Assembly: GCA_020696365.1 (NCBI GenBank)
Contig: JAEHCM010000002.1
Span: 18,751 to 82,750, forward strand
Direction of reading: 5' to 3'
Length of the DNA: 64,000 nt
Source of the DNA: Thermoplasmata archaeon
GTDB taxonomy: Archaea; Thermoplasmatota; Thermoplasmata; UBA10834
In this document: in pieces, positions 50,347 to 58,708 of the stretch
How the letters are laid out: every line of letters begins with the position of its first letter
How positions within the stretch are numbered: the first letter of the stretch is position 1
Position numbers and translations under genes: made by a program
Notes under the pieces: model-generated
The model's input: only the letters and a program-made list of their open reading frames with translations
Database searches by the model: none
Told to the model about the DNA's origin: nothing

Positions 50347-50703
50347 ATGGGTCAGGACGCTCAAGGCAGCATGGTCAAAAGAACCACAGCCAGTATTGAG
50401 ATAGTGTCCCAAGAACCAGAATTGGAGAAGCTAGCAAAGCTTTACGGAGGATTTTTCAAGGACTCAAAAGACATCCGCAACGGCGTCGTCCACACGGATG
50501 ATAGAATAGATGATGTGGTCAGAGATCTTGGCAACTTGTACGACTCCAAGTTCACCTTCGATGGCAAGGAACTTGGAATCGGCCCTGAGTTGGAACGAAT
50601 TCTGGAAGAGTTCTTTGAGGGGCTTCTGCAGGCATGTGAGTCTATTGCTGAGCGACAACGCAGAGAGGCAGTAGGCGGTCCCAGGAAATCTGAATCGCCG
50701 TGA
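50347..50703 (+). CDS. Hypothetical protein; its stop codon lies inside repeat copy B
   Basis: 118-aa ORF. Its TGA at 50701-50703 is the TGA of the repeat. Confidence 0.45.
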   Translation: MGQDAQGSMVKRTTASIEIVSQEPELEKLAKLYGGFFKDSKDIRNGVVHTDDRIDDVVRDLGNLYDSKFTFDGKELGIGPELERILEEFFEGLLQACESIAERQRREAVGGPRKSESP

Positions 50704-50722
50704 GAAAAGGCCATAGGGGCGA
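50700..50722 (+). repeat. Cassette-boundary repeat, copy B (GTGAGAAAAGGCCATAGGGGCGA)
   Basis: 21/23 match to the consensus. Confidence 0.85.
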
Positions 50723-50774
50723 ATCCTTGGCTATTCCCGCGTGGAAACGCGTCTGAGAGCGTGCAAAAGACCTT

Positions 50775-51536
50775 ATGCGGATAACAGGATTCCATCGAAA
50801 GGAGATGGTTCGAATGTATGGTGGAAACGTTATGACTTGCGAGAACTGCCGGTACTCGCGGGCCGCCCTTAGCGAAGTATGTCCTATGTGTCTGCGCTAC
50901 AGTGTACCTAGAACAGACAGATGGGCACCATCCAAACAATTCCGCACAAAGAGCGAAGAAGAGGCGGAAGCCGAAGAGGAAAGGCAACGTGTAGCCGACG
51001 AGGAGATACTGATGAAGGCGGGAGCTGGCTTCTTCGTGAGGGAGCGTGATGCCGTGTTGGGGTTGATCGAATCCTCACAGGAACGATATGGCGTCACAGT
51101 TGAATTCCTGCTAGAGGAAGCGCGAAAGCTCAATATCCCTGAAGGGCGCGTCAAGGTGCATCTGAAAGACCTAGCCTACAAAGCGAACATTTACCAACCT
51201 CGTTGTGGACGATGGAAGGTCACGGGATTCCCAGACTCTGAAGAAGTGGACTAGCATCATCTAGGACGCATTCTTTCGCCTAGATGGCCTTGCTTTCGGC
51301 CCTATGCGCCCTCGGAGGCATCTTACCATCACCGCGAGGAGATCGCCCCTTTCAAGAACCGAGACGGAAGGCCCTATCTTGAGCAGCATCATATAGTCTG
51401 GAGGTCGCGAAAAGGGGATGATCTTATCACGAATACTGCAGCCCTATGCCCCAACTGTCACAGAAGAATGCATGCGCTCGACCTGAAGCGAGATAGAGGC
51501 TTATTGCTGAGAAAGGCCTCTGAGAGAAGCCCTTAA
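50775..51536 (+). pseudogene. Zinc-ribbon / HNH-nuclease gene interrupted by an in-frame TAG (51252-51254)
   Basis: The 159-aa ORF (CENCRYSRAALSEVCPMC...) ends at TAG. The same frame continues as ...APFKNRDGRPYLEQHHIVWRSRKGDDLITNTAALCPNCHRRMH (HNH motif) to TAA at 51534-51536. Confidence 0.6.
51507..51526 (+). repeat. Degenerate cassette-boundary repeat, copy B' (CTGAGAAAGGCCTCTGAGAG)
   Basis: The first 13-14 nt match the consensus. It overlaps the 3' end of the HNH reading frame. Confidence 0.45.
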
Positions 51537-51571
51537 GCCATCGAAGGCGATGCGGAAGACGGGGAAATGGT

Positions 51572-51928
51572 ATGAGTTGTATCGAGGGTTTATTGAGTGA
51601 TTTGTGTAAGGATGTCGAACGGGAGCTCAAACCAGCAGCTTCTGGACTTCTGACGGGCTTTGTGGTCAAAAGCTTCTTGCCTCAAGACTGGATATTCAAA
51701 ACTGAACAAGAGTCTGTCACATTCCATGTGACGAAGTCCGGGTCAGCCACTTCCAAGGCCGGCGAATCAAGAAACCCTGATGTTGTTGTCGAATGGAACC
51801 ATGATTCTTTGGCAACAGTGCTTCGGACGCGGTCCAGTGAGGGCATTTCTCGCCCGCCAAGAGTGAGGATTCTGACGGCAAAAGGTCAGACTGGATACAA
51901 CCAACTTCGTAAGCGCATTGGCATTTGA
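51572..51928 (+). CDS. Hypothetical protein; its stop codon lies inside repeat copy C
   Basis: 118-aa ORF. Its TGA at 51926-51928 is the TGA of the repeat. Confidence 0.45.
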   Translation: MSCIEGLLSDLCKDVERELKPAASGLLTGFVVKSFLPQDWIFKTEQESVTFHVTKSGSATSKAGESRNPDVVVEWNHDSLATVLRTRSSEGISRPPRVRILTAKGQTGYNQLRKRIGI

Positions 51929-51947
51929 GAAAAGGCCATAGGAGCGG
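51925..51947 (+). repeat. Cassette-boundary repeat, copy C (TTGAGAAAAGGCCATAGGAGCGG)
   Basis: 21/23 match to the consensus. Confidence 0.85.
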
Positions 51948-51997
51948 ACCACCAAAGAAAGTCATATAAGCACTCAACAAGGATTCTGCATCAGAGG

Positions 51998-52081
51998 ATG
52001 GCAATGAAGTGTCCAGAGTGCGGAGGAGCCCCCCCTGATCCCCTCAGGGATATATCGAAAAGAGGGATGGGGATGCCCTGA
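51998..52081 (+). pseudogene. 27-codon zinc-ribbon gene fragment (MAMKCPECGG...), ending in a motif-like sequence
   Basis: Only the first CxxC of a ribbon is present. The 3' end, TCGAAAAGAGGGATGGGGATGCC (52055-52077), resembles repeat copy G. Confidence 0.35.
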
Positions 52082-52555
52082 CACTTCTCTTGTTTGGGGA
52101 TGAGGGGGAGCTTGCTAGTTTCCAGATACTACGTTCCTCTTGCCGTTGTCGATTTACACTCTGCAAGAAAACCTGGAGAATGCATAGCGGTTGGAAACCT
52201 TAGGTAGATGCGAGCATTGCGGCATGAGACTCTGAGGTTGCATGCCAAAAGGAAATGAACGGGTTTAGCTCCGGTTTTCCAGTGGCCCTCAAAGACGCGA
52301 TAGACGAGGCAACCGTCTCAAAACCTTTCACGATCGAATTATCCATGACCACCGCAGTGGGTTGCTCCCCCATGCCTCCCTTTTCATGAACCCGCCTTAA
52401 GCCACCATCTGTAGGTACCGTCTTATCGTGTAGCAGGAGCACAAGGTTGTACGACGAAGCCCGTGGCGTGTATTGCACTGAGTCAAGAACGTGATTCTTC
52501 TCTGTCTCCTATTTGGTGGAGATCTCTTGCGCACTTGTTCTTGTGAAAGGAGGAA

Positions 52556-52945
52556 ATGAAAATGGAAAAAGAGTTTAGCGTGAAGTTGGCGAACAAGCCC
52601 GGAGAGCTCGCGCGGGTAGCGGAGGTTCTGCAGAAGGATGGCGTAAACATACGCTCAATCGCGACAGAGCCTAACGCCGAGGTCGTGAGAATCGTCACGT
52701 CCGATCCCGAGAAGAGCCGGCGAAGCTTCAACCAATCGAACATGCAGTTCTCCGAGAGGAACCTGCTTGTGGCCAAGCTCGAGGACAAGCCTGGGGAGCT
52801 CGCCCGAATCTCGGCAGAGCTCGCCAAGGAAGGCATCAATATCAATGCCGCCTACATGCTCGACAAGGACGCAAATCGTGTGCATGTGGCGCTAGCCGTC
52901 AGCGACGAGGACAAGGCAAAGACCATCCTAAAGTGTTGTGATTAG
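52556..52945 (+). CDS. Tandem ACT-domain protein
   Basis: Two copies of the (K/D)KPGELAR(V/I)...L(A)K(D/E)G(V/I)NI pattern. ATG lies after AGGAGG. Confidence 0.7.
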   Translation: MKMEKEFSVKLANKPGELARVAEVLQKDGVNIRSIATEPNAEVVRIVTSDPEKSRRSFNQSNMQFSERNLLVAKLEDKPGELARISAELAKEGININAAYMLDKDANRVHVALAVSDEDKAKTILKCCD

Positions 52946-53136
52946 GACTAGTACCTTGCCGACAAAACCCCTTACCTTTTCATTCCCTCATGGATGTTAT
53001 GATGAAGTGGCCCCCGCCAATATCGTGGTTCATCAAGACTACGCGGAGCTCGTTCCCATCGAGAGCGGAACCAGCGTTTCGGTCATAGTCGCAATCTGAT
53101 GGACCATTGCATTTCTGGACGCGATTTCAACTCTTG

Positions 53137-53166
53137 ATTGAAGTCAGAAAAAGGATGTCTGGCTCG
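53137..53166 (+). repeat. 30-nt boundary repeat, variant 2, copy D0 (ATTGAAGTCAGAAAAAGGATGTCTGGCTCG)
   Basis: 28/30 identical to the reverse complement of 28140-28169. It lies 35 nt upstream of copy D. Confidence 0.8.
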
Positions 53167-53200
53167 GAGAGGAGTCAAAACCCCTCTGCCGCACAATCTC

Positions 53201-53223
53201 CTGAGAAAAGGCCATAGGGGCGG
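53201..53223 (+). repeat. Cassette-boundary repeat, copy D (CTGAGAAAAGGCCATAGGGGCGG)
   Basis: Equals the consensus. Confidence 0.88.
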
Positions 53224-53332
53224 AAGGGCGACAAGGAGATGGAAGCCGCCGAAGGCCCTCCGCCCGTCAGCCTCGGCTCCTCAGGAAGGCTCTTAAAGAC
53301 TCGGAATCATCCACACCAAGGTCTCTGATGGA

Positions 53333-54145
53333 ATGGAAATGACGAATTTGCCTAAGGGAGTGGCATCATCTAACGCAGGCGTAATTGCCAAAAGGCTAGG
53401 AACAGTCTCTGGCGACAGAATATTGGATGTTGCCACAGGCAAAGGAACATTCATTGACACTTTGATGAAGACTCTGAAAGATTATGATTCCTTTGTTGGG
53501 ATAGATTATTGCCCTTCCGCTACTTCAAGAGAGGAGATGGAATCTGCAAAGAAACGGTTTGAAGGAATGCCCGTGCGTTTCTTTGAGATGAACGCCGAGA
53601 CCTTGAAGTTCGAAGACGGATCTTTTGACACAGTCTGTATATCCCATTCTCTGCATCACCTCGCAAATATAGACATGGTGCTAACCGAGATGAAGCGAGT
53701 GCTGAGAACCTGCGGCAATTTCATACTTCAAGAGGCTTACTGCGATGGAGACCAAACCGAGGCGCAGAAATCAGAGAGACTTCAGCATGAGTGGGGAGCA
53801 CGGATCGACTCTCTGCTTGGCATCACCCACAATAAGACCTTCACCAAACAGAGAATCATGAACATCGTGAACAGTCTGGAGCTGAGGGAGCTAGAGGTTT
53901 ATGATTCTACACATTCCGTCGACTGCCTGTTCTGTGAGAGGAAACATGAGTGCGAAGACCCGAAGAATCAGGCAACATACCACGATTCGATCAAGGAGAT
54001 TGATGATGCATTCAGAGAGATAGAGAACTACCCCAATCTGGAAATTCGGAATCACCTGAAGGACGAGGGGGAGAGAATCAAGGAGACGATAGCCAAGTCT
54101 GGGGCGGCGTCAGCATCATTTCTATTAATCATTGGCAAGACTTAG
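53333..54145 (+). CDS. Class I SAM-dependent methyltransferase
   Basis: Motif I ILDVATGKGTF, post-I VGIDY, FDTVCISHSLHHL. AT-richer composition. Confidence 0.8.
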   Translation: MEMTNLPKGVASSNAGVIAKRLGTVSGDRILDVATGKGTFIDTLMKTLKDYDSFVGIDYCPSATSREEMESAKKRFEGMPVRFFEMNAETLKFEDGSFDTVCISHSLHHLANIDMVLTEMKRVLRTCGNFILQEAYCDGDQTEAQKSERLQHEWGARIDSLLGITHNKTFTKQRIMNIVNSLELRELEVYDSTHSVDCLFCERKHECEDPKNQATYHDSIKEIDDAFREIENYPNLEIRNHLKDEGERIKETIAKSGAASASFLLIIGKT

Positions 54146-54214
54146 CCTGTTTCTCAGAATGACAGTGCTGGTGATGGAGGTTTATCCGGATTCATGGCCC
54201 GACGGCTGCAGATT

Positions 54215-54237
54215 CTGAGAAGAGGCCATAGGGGCGG
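54215..54237 (+). repeat. Cassette-boundary repeat, copy E (CTGAGAAGAGGCCATAGGGGCGG)
   Basis: 22/23 match to the consensus. Confidence 0.88.
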
Positions 54238-54444
54238 ACGGAACAAGGCACACGCCGCCCTGCAGGATTCTTTGAGTACTCGCTCCGACTTGGCGCACTT
54301 CATATTCGTGCTCCAGGAGGACCGTCAGCCCCGCGAACCCGCCGATGGTCAGGCAGGGTCGGTCGCGGACAACAGTGAAATAGTCTCAAGACAATCCCAG
54401 ACAGGCTCCGGGGCGATCCCCCTCGGACCTTGGGAGGAGATGTC

Positions 54445-54984
54445 ATGGGAGAATCCGTATCTGACCCGGCCGTCGCCGGAGGGCAACAGCAGCCAGACGC
54501 GCCTCCAACGAGACAGTGCGTCTCGTGTGGACGCAGGATAGACTGGAATTCAAACGCCTGCCCGTACTGCGGGCACGACTACAGAATGGCGCAGCCTGGA
54601 CAGGCTGCCCCGCAGAAGGAGAGAAGCATGCTGCCGGTGATCGGCGGCGTGCTCATACTCATCGCGGGACTCGCAGCCCTGGGCATGGGCGTGGCGTTCA
54701 TGGCGTTCGACGCTCAGGACTTCGAGGACTGGGTGGACCTCGACGAGTTGGATGTGTCGCTCAGCGAGCTGGATGACATACTCTTCACGTGCGGCGCCGT
54801 GGTGATGGTCTTCGGTGTGATCGGGGTCCTCGGGGGCGTGTTCGCGATAGTCCGGAAGCACTTCAGCCTCGCAGTCGTGGGCGGGATATTCTCGATTCTC
54901 GGTCTGGGTTTCGTGGTCGGCGCCGTGGTCGGTCTCATCGGTCTGATCCTGGTCTTTGTCGGCAGGAGCTCCTTCAACGAGTGA
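54445..54984 (+). CDS. Zinc-ribbon membrane protein (N-terminal CxxC-x11-CxxC, four TM segments)
   Basis: CVSCGRRIDWNSNACPYCG followed by hydrophobic helices. ATG at 54445 lies after GGGAGGAG. Confidence 0.65.
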   Translation: MGESVSDPAVAGGQQQPDAPPTRQCVSCGRRIDWNSNACPYCGHDYRMAQPGQAAPQKERSMLPVIGGVLILIAGLAALGMGVAFMAFDAQDFEDWVDLDELDVSLSELDDILFTCGAVVMVFGVIGVLGGVFAIVRKHFSLAVVGGIFSILGLGFVVGAVVGLIGLILVFVGRSSFNE

Positions 54985-55206
54985 GCGCCTGCGGTGAGTG
55001 CGCCGAATAAGGGTTGATACACGCCAGTGTATCGCCCTCAAACCATAATCATCGCAATTTTCTATAATTTCCTTCACCATCTCAATAGGTCGGCTAGTGC
55101 GTCTTGTAGCGGGTCTGCGCACTACTGAGGTGATGGGGTGGGAGCAACGGGTAGTACTCCGTCGACTACTCGGAGCTGTGTCTCGTGCGGCCGCACATCA
55201 AATCAG

Positions 55207-55229
55207 CTGAGAAAAGGCCATAGGGGCGA
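55207..55229 (+). repeat. Cassette-boundary repeat, copy F (CTGAGAAAAGGCCATAGGGGCGA)
   Basis: 22/23 match to the consensus. Confidence 0.88.
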
Positions 55230-55266
55230 AAGGGCTGAGGAACCACTCTGTCTGGGGGAAAGCCTT

Positions 55267-56100
55267 ATGGCTCTACGCTTCGTTTGGGCAACAGGGAAAT
55301 CGACATTGACGCTAGTACAGGCCTGCATTGCACATGAAGGAGAGCGGGTCATTCTAATTGGGGACAGACTTGTCACGAGGAACATAGGTACCGACGTTCC
55401 GTCCTATGAATATGAATCGCACAATCGAAAGGTTCTCCTCAAAGGAATGGTTGGAATCGGGTTCGCAGGAGATGTGGTCCTGATAGACCAGTTCGTAACT
55501 GAATTATCGGGCAAGAGGGACTACAACAGCATTGTTGACAGCATCGCAGAGTCCATTAAGAAGGAAGACGAGAAAGCCACTGAAAGGTATGTGAGGTCTC
55601 GCACGGGCCTATCCGCGAAGCAGTTCTTTGAGAGGACAGACGCCAAGATACCACCGGACTATCTGGTTGACGAGGTCTACGAGGGCATAGAGGAGCGCGT
55701 CGACATTGGCGCCCTCGTTGCGGGTTATGACAGGAACGGGAATGCCAAACTCACTGTCGCCGACGCCGATGGAGAAGTTCTTAACTTCACGAACCTCGGG
55801 AATGTCTCGATTGGCAGTGGTAGCACTCTGTCTGGCATATACTTCGACCAAAACCGCTACGATCCGCGCATGAACGAGAATGAGGCTCTATTGTTTGCCT
55901 TCGAGGCGAAGAAGTGGGCGGAGGCGCACACTGGTGTTGGCCATTCAACCGACATAATAATCATCAAGAAGAGGGGCAAGTCAAAAGAAATACTGGAAGA
56001 GTCCCCCCAGATGGAGAAGATGAACCGAGTCTATGAGGAAGAGCGCCGGAAGCAGAAAGAGGTCAGGAAAAGGCTCATTAGGAAGATGTTCCGAGAATAG
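55267..56100 (+). CDS. Proteasome-subunit-like (Ntn-hydrolase fold) protein with a basic C-terminal tail
   Basis: STLTLVQA...GERVILIGDRLVT, IGFAGDV, ALVAGYDRNGNAKL, SIGSGS resemble the proteasome beta/HslV-like block order. ATG at 55267 (MALRFVW) chosen, because the upstream part of the ORF runs through the repeat. Confidence 0.55.
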   Translation: MALRFVWATGKSTLTLVQACIAHEGERVILIGDRLVTRNIGTDVPSYEYESHNRKVLLKGMVGIGFAGDVVLIDQFVTELSGKRDYNSIVDSIAESIKKEDEKATERYVRSRTGLSAKQFFERTDAKIPPDYLVDEVYEGIEERVDIGALVAGYDRNGNAKLTVADADGEVLNFTNLGNVSIGSGSTLSGIYFDQNRYDPRMNENEALLFAFEAKKWAEAHTGVGHSTDIIIIKKRGKSKEILEESPQMEKMNRVYEEERRKQKEVRKRLIRKMFRE

Positions 56101-56182
56101 GACGGGGTGTGTCGTGATGCACTCCGTATAAAACAGCACTTGCCTTCATCTGCATTGTCTTATATGCAGTGATCGTCTTCCC

Positions 56183-56203
56183 CGGAAAAGGCTATGGGGG
56201 CGG
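56183..56203 (+). repeat. Degenerate cassette-boundary repeat, copy G (CGGAAAAGGCTATGGGGGCGG)
   Basis: Same orientation. It is the last copy before the composition returns to GC-rich. Confidence 0.55.
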
Positions 56204-56489
56204 TACGATAGCTCTTGGTCGGTTGTGGGAACCCCCGCAAAAAATGACATGCAACAAGTATGGCGAGTAATTCCGAGTGTCGAAATCCTAGCAGCGGCAA
56301 TACAACGAGGGAGATGATCATGATTGCGAGCACTACCAACGATCCCGCTATGCCGAACCTATCTCCGATGATTATCATTCTTGCTTGAGGGACCTTGGGA
56401 ATCTGGGGAAAGGCCATCATCATACAATGTGAGAAAGCCGCATAAGTATACTCGAATGGGACTCCGGTCTGCAGTGGGCCGTCCTGCCA

Positions 56490-57077
56490 CTAGAAGAGCT
56501 GCTCGAACATGATCAGGGCGCCGAAGGCCAGGAGCGCAATCACGGACATTCGGACAGCGCGGAGCCACGGGCGTCCGCGGCCCAAGGTTCCCAGGTAATA
56601 TCCCGCGCCGAAGATGATTCCGATACCAAGGATGCTCGAAAGCATCGCTGCCGCACCGAAATCACCAATGACCCCCGCGTCAAACAACAGAAGTGGAGTC
56701 CCCATGACGATGGCAACGAAGACCGGCGCAAAGAAGTTGACTGTAGCCACCGCATAGGCGGAGACTCGTGCCTTCCGCTCGATTTCAGTGTCCTCCATGG
56801 ACGACAGCATCGCCCGCTCGACCTTCCGCATCTCAATCTCAGTCTCGACATGCTCGGCTTCATAGACACTCACAGCAGTGGAAATCCCGATGGCAAGGCA
56901 GGCGGCAAACACGGTTCCAACGGCGATCTCCGGGTTTGCATCGGGAATGAATGCTGACGCTGCAAGAATCCCAAGTACCACGAAGGTTGAGTCGAACAGA
57001 GTGTTAATGAAGTAGCGACGCAACAGTTCTTGTGGCTCGACGGGCAATACTCTCCGCAGAAAATCTGCCAGACTCAT
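56490..57077 (-). CDS. VIT1/CCC1-family membrane protein (paralog of 9458..10063)
   Basis: RRYFINTLFDSTFVVLGILAASAF and the same TM layout. Confidence 0.65.
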   Translation of the reverse strand: MSLADFLRRVLPVEPQELLRRYFINTLFDSTFVVLGILAASAFIPDANPEIAVGTVFAACLAIGISTAVSVYEAEHVETEIEMRKVERAMLSSMEDTEIERKARVSAYAVATVNFFAPVFVAIVMGTPLLLFDAGVIGDFGAAAMLSSILGIGIIFGAGYYLGTLGRGRPWLRAVRMSVIALLAFGALIMFEQLF

Positions 57078-57240
57078 TACGTTTCATTCACGTTATATCG
57101 TGTGAGAAGATAACGGTTTGGGAAATCGGAGGAGACGCATCCTCATCATCTGGCACGTGAGCAGGTCCCAGGGGTTTTTAGTCACACATGCTCATTCTTC
57201 GATGTCCGAATCCCTCAGAGCGAACATCCCTCCTCTCTAA

Positions 57241-58512
57241 TCAGTCAAAGCTCCCGCTCCGGACCCCCCCAGACATGATCTTCCTGCCAGTTCTGTGTGT
57301 CTCACTCACAAACAAGGCGATTATTGATGTGGCAGCTGCGAGGGCCACTGCGCACACGAGAATAGGCGCCCCTGGGCTGATCTTCTCGTACATCACGCCT
57401 AAAGCAGAAAATCCGATGATGTTGCCGATTCCCTGCACGGTCTGGTATGCTCCCATAACCCTGCCCCTCTCTTTAGGGTTCATCGCATCTCCGAGCATCG
57501 CCCCGACCGAAGGATTGGACATGGCAGCCCCGAACTGGGAAAACGCAACGAGGACATACACCTGCCAAATCTCAGTGGCGAACGCCATGGTCGCTAGCCC
57601 GCCAGCCATGAGTACGCCACCGATGATGATGAATGGTTTCCTACCGTACTTGTCAGACATCATACCGAACGGTATCGTGCCGACGGCCATCGTCGCCATA
57701 CCCAAGGACAGCGCAAAGCCCACCTCGGTGAGGCTCATGTCGAGTTCGTACCGCCAGAAGATGATGAGCCCGAGAGCCCAAAGACCCTGCACGATACCCA
57801 TGACGAGTCCGCGGACGGTAAGAGGAAGAAGGGCGTCGTTCTGCGCAGCGTTCCTTCTCCACGCTCCGAACATACTCATGATCGAAGGCTTCTCGTCCAT
57901 CTCACTGCGTATCTTCGGTTCGTGGATGAACGAGACGATAACCGCACACACCACTGAGAGGACAGCAGCGAGGTAGAAAGGGATGTAGAAATTCATCTCA
58001 CCGGCGATCACGCCGCCGAGAGCGGGGCCCGCTAGACCGCCAAGCAGCTGAGCAGTCCCTTCTGCGCCCATGGCCACCCCGCGCTTGCCCTCTGGCACAA
58101 TATCGAGTGTCAAGGCAAACGCTGCCGGAGTGACCATAGCCGCGCCCACACCTTCTAGGGCTCTGAGCAACGCGAACTGGTAAGGCTCGGTGATAAGGAC
58201 CATAGCGAACGTCGTTACTCCGAAGAGGAGGACACCTGACATTATCATCCGCTTCCTGCCCACCTTGTCTGCCAGAAGGCCTGCAGGAGGCAGGGCGAAC
58301 ACGAAAGCGAGCGGAAAGAGGGAATACGCCGCACCCAGCTCGGATTCGGACATTCCGAGTATCTCTCCGAACGTGGGCATGAGAGGGCTTAGAAGGCCGA
58401 AGCCTAGGCTGACGATGATGAGTGCAAGAACTATCACCGAGAAATCTCTGGACAGGGCGAATGTCTCCCTGATCCGTCCGGGGACGCTCTTTCCTTCCTT
58501 TGGACCGCTCAT
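57241..58512 (-). CDS. MFS transporter
   Basis: 423 aa, about 12 TM segments, loop 2-3 motif GLLADKVGRKR. Confidence 0.85.
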   Translation of the reverse strand: MSGPKEGKSVPGRIRETFALSRDFSVIVLALIIVSLGFGLLSPLMPTFGEILGMSESELGAAYSLFPLAFVFALPPAGLLADKVGRKRMIMSGVLLFGVTTFAMVLITEPYQFALLRALEGVGAAMVTPAAFALTLDIVPEGKRGVAMGAEGTAQLLGGLAGPALGGVIAGEMNFYIPFYLAAVLSVVCAVIVSFIHEPKIRSEMDEKPSIMSMFGAWRRNAAQNDALLPLTVRGLVMGIVQGLWALGLIIFWRYELDMSLTEVGFALSLGMATMAVGTIPFGMMSDKYGRKPFIIIGGVLMAGGLATMAFATEIWQVYVLVAFSQFGAAMSNPSVGAMLGDAMNPKERGRVMGAYQTVQGIGNIIGFSALGVMYEKISPGAPILVCAVALAAATSIIALFVSETHRTGRKIMSGGVRSGSFD

Positions 58513-58708
58513 TCAAACACCCATGTGAGGGCACAGAAGATTACCTAGATGGTCATTTCTGGCCAAGAGTCGGCCATGATGATGTGGAAGACGGATATCT
58601 GTATTACTGACATACAATCGTCGAAAGGCTAACCAAACAATCCTCTGACCACTCTTAGCGAAAGGAGGAACAAGGGCATGCAGTCGAGCCGAAACCTGGG
58701 CAGGATAT

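Noticed and set aside
51252-51254. Pyrrolysine or read-through decoding of the in-frame TAG in the HNH gene.
   Set aside because: TAG is used as an ordinary stop by several solid genes in this window (for example 6669-6671, 10061-10063 and 25099-25101). No pyl genes or methylamine methyltransferases are visible. A nonsense mutation is more parsimonious.
48266-56203. A CRISPR array as the explanation for the recurring 23-nt repeat.
   Set aside because: Spacing is 0.4-2.4 kb rather than 30-40 nt, and the intervals contain full-length protein genes. No cas genes are present. There is no regular repeat-spacer periodicity.
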